From the IMG/VR virus record IMGVR_UViG_3300049026_000006, positions 1-51,905 of that record: DNA of 51,905 nucleotides; one strand, given 5' to 3'. The DNA is from a virus (Duplodnaviria > Caudoviricetes). The translations under genes were made by a program, and so were the position numbers. Numbering within the stretch: the first letter of the stretch is position 1; each line of letters starts with the position of its first letter. Shown in pieces: positions 24,995-31,580 of the stretch. Under the pieces are notes generated by a model. That model was not told the origin of the DNA, ran no database searches, and saw only the letters and a program-made list of their open reading frames with translations.

Positions 24995-25097
24995 CGGCGA
25001 ATAGCTCAACCCGCATTGCGCAGGGTCAGCGCCAACCTGGTATTGGCGAGCTACCTTGATCTGGCACAAGCGCCGTGACAGCCGGGAAAGACCGCAC
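24995..25097 (+). ncRNA. Multi-stem RNA module ending in a GACAGCCGGGAAAGACCGCAC motif
   Basis: Nested stems CGGCG/CGCCG, TAGCTC/GAGCTA, ACCC/GGGT, CGCCAA/TTGGCG, CTTG/CAAG. Confidence 0.45.
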
Positions 25098-25118
25098 ACA
25101 CCCCAACCGGAGATCACC

Positions 25119-25289
25119 ATGCTCCTACTGATCCTGATCGGCGCAGCGCTCAGCCATGCGCGGCCAGAACCGCCACCTGATGACGGCCTGCCAACCGGTC
25201 CATTGCGCTTACACCGTGAGCGCTGGCGATGTACCGAGGGTCAGCGTTCGTTCTGGTGCGCGCTGCCCCGATCCAAATCCTCAAGCTGA
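25119..25289 (+). CDS. Small hypothetical protein with hydrophobic N-terminus
   Basis: GGAG RBS; MLLLILIGAALSH. Confidence 0.55.
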   Translation: MLLLILIGAALSHARPEPPPDDGLPTGPLRLHRERWRCTEGQRSFWCALPRSKSSS

Positions 25290-25439
25290 CGCTGCATCAT
25301 TCGAAAAGGCCTTTCTGTCCAGTTGGGCCTTTTCACTTCCCGACCAATCCCGCATGCACATGACACCGCGCCCAACGGCAACCAGCGGAAGGATCGTGTG
25401 CAGCCGGGATTTGTTGGATCAACCACAGAGGTATTTGCA

Positions 25440-25709
25440 ATGCGACCAGTTATGACGATGGCCCCGGTCTGGGAGGCAAACAAGAAAGTCGGCTTCAGCG
25501 ACCTGCGTGAAGCCCGTTTCCACCAGTGGGCCAATGAGTATGAAGAGTTCGAATCCGGCCCAGGCAACTACACCGTTGCGCTGGTTGAGTATGCGGATGG
25601 CTCCATCGGCACGGTGATGCCTGATTGCATCCGCTTCCTTGATGGTGAGGAAGCCACCGCCGCCAGGATGGATGAAGCAATCGCGAGCATGTCCAGCCTC
25701 GTCCTGTAA
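25440..25709 (+). CDS. Hypothetical phage protein
   Basis: GAGG RBS; FHQWANEYEEFESGPGNYTVALVE...IRFLD pattern. Confidence 0.7.
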   Translation: MRPVMTMAPVWEANKKVGFSDLREARFHQWANEYEEFESGPGNYTVALVEYADGSIGTVMPDCIRFLDGEEATAARMDEAIASMSSLVL

Positions 25710-25730
25710 CCCAACCAGATGGAGAGAGTC

Positions 25731-25943
25731 ATGAGCAGAGACGACGGCGGCCCAGCTTTCCCAGGCACCGCAGAGAATTACAAGTACGAAGGCTGCGCAG
25801 GCATGTCCATTCGCGACTACTTCGCGGCCAAGGCGATGCAGGGATGGACATCGAACCCGCTGCCTAATGAATCGTCGATTCAAGAAGTTGCTGAATGGGC
25901 ATATCGCCAGGCCGACGCCATGCTCGCCGCCCGCTCCGCCTAA
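25731..25943 (+). CDS. Hypothetical phage protein
   Basis: GGPAFP...GMSIRDYFAAKAMQG...AYRQADAMLAAR, a widespread phage family. Confidence 0.8.
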   Translation: MSRDDGGPAFPGTAENYKYEGCAGMSIRDYFAAKAMQGWTSNPLPNESSIQEVAEWAYRQADAMLAARSA

Positions 25944-25964
25944 CCCCAAACACTGGAGGTCGCC

Positions 25965-26258
25965 ATGAGCGATTGGATCAAGTGCAGCGACAGGTTGCCA
26001 AGCCAGCTTTCAGGTACAGCCAATGAATACATTGTCTGCGCCGTCGCAGAGGGGAAGCAATACGTTTTCTCGGCGCAATGGCTGGAAGGCTACGCCCTTT
26101 ACAACCCTGATGACGACAGCAGCGAAGAAGATGGAATGACCGAGGGTCATGGCTGGTACGACGTGAAAGAGAACGCGGACTACGACGGCTGGTACTACCC
26201 GATCAAGGATCGCGAAGTCACGCACTGGCAGCCGCTCCCTGCCCCGCCAACCGAGTAA
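25965..26258 (+). CDS. DUF551-family protein
   Basis: WIKCSDRLP...VTHWQPLPAPP. Confidence 0.85.
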   Translation: MSDWIKCSDRLPSQLSGTANEYIVCAVAEGKQYVFSAQWLEGYALYNPDDDSSEEDGMTEGHGWYDVKENADYDGWYYPIKDREVTHWQPLPAPPTE

Positions 26259-26264
26259 GCCGAC

Positions 26265-26486
26265 ATGAGCAACTGGATCAAGTGCAGCGACAGGCTGCCC
26301 GATCTGCCGAAGGGTGGCGGCAAGCACCACGTCATCGCCTACACACCCGCCAGGGCAGCACAGCGGTTCGCCAATGGTTCGTGCTTCCTCTACTGGAACG
26401 GCATCGACTGGCGCTACGCGGACGGCTCTCGTTTCGAGCATCGCGTCACGCATTGGCAGCCCTTCATCACCGCGCCCACCGACTGA
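26265..26486 (+). CDS. DUF551-family protein (tandem paralog)
   Basis: WIKCSDRLP...VTHWQPF. Confidence 0.8.
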   Translation: MSNWIKCSDRLPDLPKGGGKHHVIAYTPARAAQRFANGSCFLYWNGIDWRYADGSRFEHRVTHWQPFITAPTD

Positions 26487-26507
26487 ACCGCCACCCTGGA
26501 GGCAACA

Positions 26508-26930
26508 ATGAACGCAGCACTGAAGATTTGTCAGGCCATGCACGACGCGCAGTTGCCTCCGATGGTGAGCGAGAGCCCTCGGGAGGTTGCTCGGGCTGAG
26601 TGGCTGTACAACGCGGTTGAAAGCCTGCTGCGGGGCGTGGACGTTAAGGTCCAGTGCCGCTGGAATCAAGCCAGGGTCGTCACGGTGGCAGACCTGGCCC
26701 TGGCCGTGGATGAGCACGTGAACAACCGGCTGGCGGACTGCAAGGTCCACACCCCGGCGCTGGGCTGGCTGCTGCTGGCGGCGGATGGTCGGGCCGACAA
26801 GAACGCCGTCGCCGAACTCCTCGGCCCCAGCGACCACTCCTTCGGCAAGCTCGGCGAAATCGCACAGGCCCTACTTGAGCCCTTGGCAGATGACGCGCTG
26901 ATCGCTCAGGCAGAGGACGACGAATTATGA
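26508..26930 (+). CDS. Hypothetical phage protein
   Basis: 140 aa with GGAGG RBS. Confidence 0.7.
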   Translation: MNAALKICQAMHDAQLPPMVSESPREVARAEWLYNAVESLLRGVDVKVQCRWNQARVVTVADLALAVDEHVNNRLADCKVHTPALGWLLLAADGRADKNAVAELLGPSDHSFGKLGEIAQALLEPLADDALIAQAEDDEL

Positions 26931-27142
26931 GCGCCGATAAAGCCAAGGCTGCCATCGACCTGGAGATTGCCAAGGTCGCCCGCTCCCACTGCCCTGGGCC
27001 CGACCGGACCTTCGTCATGGGCATGATCGAGCTGGCCGAGTTCATCGACCTGCTCAACCGCCACGAGGCCAACGCCTACCGCGACAAGCTGGACTTGAAG
27101 TTCTGCGAGCGCAACGACTACCTCAAGAGGGCTTCGGCATGA
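26927..27142 (+). CDS. Hypothetical phage protein
   Basis: ATGA coupling. Confidence 0.65.
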   Translation: MSADKAKAAIDLEIAKVARSHCPGPDRTFVMGMIELAEFIDLLNRHEANAYRDKLDLKFCERNDYLKRASA

Positions 27143-27333
27143 CCACCCCAATCGTGAAATCCCTGATCGACGAACAGATGGACGACATCGAGCGCCGCAT
27201 CGCCATCCTCGGCTTCGGCCTGCCGTTCAATGAGGTGATTGGCCGCAAGCGCGAGGATCTGGTGAAGGATCTTCCGCAGCGCCTGGCGGTGACTATGAAG
27301 GGCGGCAGGATTGCGGCGAGGGTTCGGCCATGA
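27139..27333 (+). CDS. Hypothetical phage protein
   Basis: ATGA coupling; MTTPIVKSLIDEQ. Confidence 0.65.
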   Translation: MTTPIVKSLIDEQMDDIERRIAILGFGLPFNEVIGRKREDLVKDLPQRLAVTMKGGRIAARVRP

Positions 27334-27905
27334 ATATCGATTGGAGCAAGGCGCCTGAAGGTGCAACGCACTGGGATACCGGACTTCATGGTCGCACGCC
27401 AGGATGGATGCGGCTGGACGGAACCACATGGCACTGGTGGCCCGTCGATGGCGCTAAATGTGAGCGAAAATGGTTTGTTTGCTGCGAGACTTACCCGTCA
27501 GAGACAAAAGAGTTCGTTGCGCGCCCTCCTGCATGGACCGGCGAAGGCCTGCCGCCTGTTGGGACGATATGCGAGCGTCGAACCATGCTGGGTGGCGATG
27601 GTCGCTATGAGCAAGTAATCATTATCGCTCATACCAGCAAAGGATTTCCGGTATGGGAAAGCACGGATGCGATGTTTGCCGGTATCTCAAAGGAAGCTAT
27701 GTTCAGCAATGGGATTCCATCCTTCAGGCCCATCCGCACGCCCGAGCAGATCGCGGCGGATGAGCGCCTGCATGAAATTCGAAATGCGCTCTCAGTCATA
27801 AACTCCAAAGTGCATTTCCCGAATGACCTGGTGCGCGGAAACATTCTCGCCGCCGCTGTCGAGGCAATGATCGACGCCGGCTACCGCAAGCCGGTGACGC
27901 CATGA
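27330..27905 (+). CDS. Hypothetical phage protein
   Basis: IDWSKAPEGATHW...WTGEGLPPVG...FRPIRTPEQIAA...DAGYRK modules. Confidence 0.75.
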   Translation: MNIDWSKAPEGATHWDTGLHGRTPGWMRLDGTTWHWWPVDGAKCERKWFVCCETYPSETKEFVARPPAWTGEGLPPVGTICERRTMLGGDGRYEQVIIIAHTSKGFPVWESTDAMFAGISKEAMFSNGIPSFRPIRTPEQIAADERLHEIRNALSVINSKVHFPNDLVRGNILAAAVEAMIDAGYRKPVTP

Positions 27906-28021
27906 AAGCCTTAGCCTGGATCCTCGCCGCCGCCATACTCTCTTCCCTACTCGCCTACACCGTAGTGAAGGAAAGGCATCCGACCTGCAGCGTTCCTCAG
28001 CTTTCGCAGGTGCTGCGGTGA
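27902..28021 (+). CDS. 39-aa membrane peptide (below ORF-track cutoff)
   Basis: MKALAWILAAAILSSLLAYTVVKERH...; ATGA overlap with the upstream gene. Confidence 0.55.
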   Translation: MKALAWILAAAILSSLLAYTVVKERHPTCSVPQLSQVLR

Positions 28022-28137
28022 CCGGCCGGCAGCAGCAACGACGCCGCCTGATCTGGCGCGGAGCCACCCAAGCCCTGCTCGGCTGGTCCGGCTGGCTGTT
28101 CCTCATTGCCCTGGCCGATCTGATCGCGCCGAGATAA
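28018..28137 (+). CDS. 39-aa membrane peptide (below ORF-track cutoff)
   Basis: GTGA overlap; MTGRQQQRRRLIWRG...WLFLIALADLIAPR. Confidence 0.55.
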   Translation: MTGRQQQRRRLIWRGATQALLGWSGWLFLIALADLIAPR

Positions 28138-28181
28138 CCCTACACCTTCAAGCGCTGCGCACGTCGCGGCTGGGATTCGCC

Positions 28182-28505
28182 ATGACCGAACAGAAGCACA
28201 CGCCTGGCCCGTGGATTGTTACCACTGATCTGCGGCAGGACGACGAAATTGTATGCGACATGCTGAATGAGCAAGGGTATGTCGCAATTGCCAAGGGTCA
28301 GCAACTGGGCCACTGGCGCGACGATGCCAAGCTGATCGCTACTGCGCCGGACCTTCTCGCTGACTTGATCGTAGCCGCCGGCACACTGCGCCATTACGAA
28401 GCGCTGCACCGGGCCAAGGGAACCGCCGAGAGCCTGGAGAAGGCCGAGGTCAATGCAGGACTTGCCTCCCGCTTCGAGCAGACCATCGCGAAAGCCACCC
28501 AATAA
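28182..28505 (+). CDS. Hypothetical phage protein
   Basis: KHTPGPW...DAKLIATAPDLL...IAKAT pattern. Confidence 0.75.
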   Translation: MTEQKHTPGPWIVTTDLRQDDEIVCDMLNEQGYVAIAKGQQLGHWRDDAKLIATAPDLLADLIVAAGTLRHYEALHRAKGTAESLEKAEVNAGLASRFEQTIAKATQ

Positions 28506-28546
28506 CCCTTCCACAGCGCCCCTCTCCGGTGGCGCGGAGAACAATC

Positions 28547-29068
28547 GTGTCCAACGAATCGAAAACCCACTTCAAGAAGGCTTTCAACAGCCCGTACTTG
28601 AGCAGTGCCGACATCGTCGGTCACATGACCTTCACCGTGGCCCGCGTAACGCTGGAGGTGGACAAGACGAAGAAAACCAAGGACCTGTTCAACACGGCCT
28701 ACTTCGTCGAGCGCGAGATCCGCCCGGGCGAAAAGCTGAAGCCGATGATCCTTAACGTGACCAACAGCAAAACCATGAAGGCGCTGACCAATTCGCCATT
28801 CATTGAGGACTGGCAGGGCATAAAGATCACCGTCTACGTCGATTCCAATGTGAAATTCGGCCGCGAGGTGATGGAGGGCCTGCGCATCAGCCCCAAGGCG
28901 CCGACAGTGGCATGGCTGACACCAGACAATCAAAGGCCGTGGGCCAACGCCCAGGCAGCTTACAAGCGCGACGGCAACCTCGACGCGGTCCTTGCCCGGT
29001 ACTCCATGACCGATGAGCACCAACAGCAGCTGATCAAGGAGTGCACCGATGATTCGGCAGTGGCATGA
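28547..29068 (+). CDS. Putative ssDNA-binding/annealing partner of the exonuclease
   Basis: GTG start with GGAG RBS; KPMILNVTN...IEDWQG motif; overlaps the exonuclease gene. Confidence 0.55.
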   Translation: MSNESKTHFKKAFNSPYLSSADIVGHMTFTVARVTLEVDKTKKTKDLFNTAYFVEREIRPGEKLKPMILNVTNSKTMKALTNSPFIEDWQGIKITVYVDSNVKFGREVMEGLRISPKAPTVAWLTPDNQRPWANAQAAYKRDGNLDAVLARYSMTDEHQQQLIKECTDDSAVA

Positions 29069-29672
29069 CGTCGAGCAGAACACCGAAGTCTGGAATCAGC
29101 TGCGCATCGGCAAGGCCACCGCATCGAATGCCGGCTGCTTCATGGCGAATGGCGAGGGAGCGTTCGGCGACCCGGCCAAGAAGTACGCCCTCCAGATCGC
29201 CCTGGAGATCGCCACTGGTAGGAAGGCCGAGTTCAGCTTCTCGAATGACCATACCGAGCGCGGGCATGAACAGGAGCCTGTCGCTCGGATGTTTTACGAG
29301 GATGCCGAGTTTGTGGATGTCACCAATGGCGGCTTCTTCGATTGTGGCGACCACGGCGACTCGCCGGACGGCTTGATCGGCGCTGACGGCGTGCTTGAGA
29401 TCAAGTGCGTCACCGCTGCCGTTCACTACGCCACGCTGAAGAGGGGCTCATTCGACCCGGCCTATCGCTGGCAGTTGGTCAGCCATCTGGACTGCACAGG
29501 GCGGGACTGGGTCGACTTCGTAAGCTTCTGTTCCGAGTTCCCCGAGGCGAGCCAGCTCATTGTGTACCGATCAACCCGTGACGACTTCAAGGTCGAGCTG
29601 GAGCGGCTGGCCGAGCGGCGCGCCAAGTTTCTTGAGCTTGTCCAGTCAACGCTGGCAAGCATTCCGAGGTAG
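29049..29672 (+). CDS. YqaJ / lambda exonuclease family recombination nuclease
   Basis: EQNTEVWNQLRIGKATAS, RGHEQEPVAR, SPDGL, LEIKC and YRWQ motifs. Confidence 0.92.
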   Translation: MIRQWHDVEQNTEVWNQLRIGKATASNAGCFMANGEGAFGDPAKKYALQIALEIATGRKAEFSFSNDHTERGHEQEPVARMFYEDAEFVDVTNGGFFDCGDHGDSPDGLIGADGVLEIKCVTAAVHYATLKRGSFDPAYRWQLVSHLDCTGRDWVDFVSFCSEFPEASQLIVYRSTRDDFKVELERLAERRAKFLELVQSTLASIPR

Positions 29673-29677
29673 ACACC

Positions 29678-29920
29678 ATGATCAGCAACAACCTAAGCCT
29701 GGTCGAGCATCATCGGCCACAGGCTGACGCCATATCCGAGCAGATCGCCCAGTTCCTGGCGGCCGGCGGCCAGATCGACGAACTGCAAAGCCCGCCACGC
29801 AATCCCATCCCGCCGCCCCGCTCGACCCGGATAGACCCTGAAACGGTCCTCAAGCGCAAACCCCGGCCTCTGTCCCTGGCCGAGCGCCGCGCCCTACGCA
29901 AGATGGCGGATTCGCTATGA
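29678..29920 (+). CDS. Hypothetical phage protein
   Basis: GAGG RBS; IAQFLAAGGQI motif. Confidence 0.7.
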   Translation: MISNNLSLVEHHRPQADAISEQIAQFLAAGGQIDELQSPPRNPIPPPRSTRIDPETVLKRKPRPLSLAERRALRKMADSL

Positions 29921-30381
29921 AGTCGAAACGCAAACCCAATAACGGCTTTGCCAGGGCCGAGCGCAGTTGCCGGGCGCTGCTGCGCACCAACCACGTAGCG
30001 GTGGTGAACATCGACCCGAGCGGCAGCCAGGTCATGGTGAACTGGAAGAATTGCCGCCAGATCCGAAGCGTGGCGGTTGCCAACGCCATCTTCGACTTCT
30101 CCTACCACTGGACGATCTACATCGCCGCCATGTGTCGAGACGAACGCGGTGCCGAGTACATCAAGTCGGTCGAGATCTCGCCGGAGGGAATCTACAAAGT
30201 TGAGCGCCTGACCGATGCCATCGAGCATTACTACCTGGAGCTGCGGAACAGCGCGAACCCAAACCACCTGGTGGCGTCAGGCTGGATCGCCATCCCGGAC
30301 GAGGTTTCGATGGAAGAAGCCCAGGCCGCGAAGCTGTTCTACGCCGCCGGCGCCTGGCACCAGGTGAAGGTAGCAGCGTGA
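29917..30381 (+). CDS. Hypothetical phage protein
   Basis: 154 aa, ATGA coupling. Confidence 0.7.
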   Translation: MKSKRKPNNGFARAERSCRALLRTNHVAVVNIDPSGSQVMVNWKNCRQIRSVAVANAIFDFSYHWTIYIAAMCRDERGAEYIKSVEISPEGIYKVERLTDAIEHYYLELRNSANPNHLVASGWIAIPDEVSMEEAQAAKLFYAAGAWHQVKVAA

Positions 30382-30456
30382 GACGTTTTCGCACCCAACA
30401 ACGCAAACGACAGACCTGGCTGGCACTGCCGGCCAGTGGAATCGAAGGAGCAGGCC

Positions 30457-30819
30457 ATGGCCGAAACACAGCAGCCGACGGCGGAAGCGCTAAAGCAGCG
30501 CCGAAAGCGCGAGAAGGCAGCAGAGACGGTTGCAAAGCTGGGCATCGAGAAGTTCACGGTTGAGGTTGCCGGCATTTTCAAGAAGGACCTTCAGCAGGTC
30601 ATGAAGGCCCACGGCATCAACAACCAGCAGGACGTTCACCAGCGGCTGCTGATGAACCTGATCGCCGCCGACTTTGAGGCCCAGGCCAAGATGCTGAAAA
30701 TAAAAACGACACCTTTCGTTGTTACTGAAAAGGTGTCGCGACTTATCCAAGATGCCGGACGGAAGTCGCTCGCCGACGATCCGCCCGAGCCTGACGACGA
30801 AATCGAAACTCCGAAATAA
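30457..30819 (+). CDS. Hypothetical protein (basic N-terminus, possible DNA binding)
   Basis: AAGGAG RBS; ALKQRRKREK. Confidence 0.7.
   Translation: MAETQQPTAEALKQRRKREKAAETVAKLGIEKFTVEVAGIFKKDLQQVMKAHGINNQQDVHQRLLMNLIAADFEAQAKMLKIKTTPFVVTEKVSRLIQDAGRKSLADDPPEPDDEIETPK
30705..30740. repeat. 36-bp spaced palindrome, copy C
   Basis: AACGACAC-CTTTCGTTGTTACTGAAAAG-GTGTCGCG, inside the 30457 gene. Confidence 0.75.
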
Positions 30820-30877
30820 CCCCTACCCCACGCTGCGCATCCGATTACGGAGGCGAGCGCCTGACTGGAGATAATCC

Positions 30878-31510
30878 ATGGACGATCAGTTCTACCTTCA
30901 AGACAGTCGCAGTCATGCCTACGTCGGCGATGGCCTTTCGTTCTGGGGATTCGGCGGTTCCGGGTACGTCACTGACCTGGATAAGGCTCAAGTCTTCACC
31001 AGGGACGGCGCTTGCGATCACCGCGACACCGATATCCCATGGCCGAAGGCTTATGTCGATGCCCGGGCGCGCGTTGGTGTCGACTGCCAGTATGTGACGT
31101 TGAGCGAAGCGCTAGACCAGCATCCTGACGCAGCCGAGTTCTACATCCAGAAGCCGCAGTGCTGGAACGGCAACAACCTGATTTGGCTTTGTGAGGACGG
31201 CGTTTTCACAAGCGACCTATCGAAAGTTTTCGCAGTGCCAAGAGCCCACACCGTCACATGGATCGGAAAGCTCGGCCAATCTGGCGCCGTCGTTTGGCCC
31301 AAACCCTACATTGACAAGTTCACCCGCCGCCTGGTTGAGCGCGACGACGTTGACATCAAGGAGGCCTTGCGCGGCACCGGCATAAAGCTGGTAAAGCCCA
31401 AGCCGCCACGCATGATGATGTTCAACTGCGAGGGTTGTGGCCGATTCATCAGTGACGCGCAACGCTACCGGGAAGACTGCCGCAACTGCGGAACAAGCAA
31501 CACGCCTTGA
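30878..31510 (+). CDS. Hypothetical protein with internal duplication and C-terminal zinc ribbon
   Basis: Two FY.Q...W...T.DL.K...WPK.Y.D units; CEGC...CRNCG. Confidence 0.75.
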   Translation: MDDQFYLQDSRSHAYVGDGLSFWGFGGSGYVTDLDKAQVFTRDGACDHRDTDIPWPKAYVDARARVGVDCQYVTLSEALDQHPDAAEFYIQKPQCWNGNNLIWLCEDGVFTSDLSKVFAVPRAHTVTWIGKLGQSGAVVWPKPYIDKFTRRLVERDDVDIKEALRGTGIKLVKPKPPRMMMFNCEGCGRFISDAQRYREDCRNCGTSNTP

Positions 31511-31580
31511 TCCGGCCTCATGCCGGGCCATCAACCAATAGCCCACAAACTCGAATCACGCCAACCGGCGAGGATCCCGC

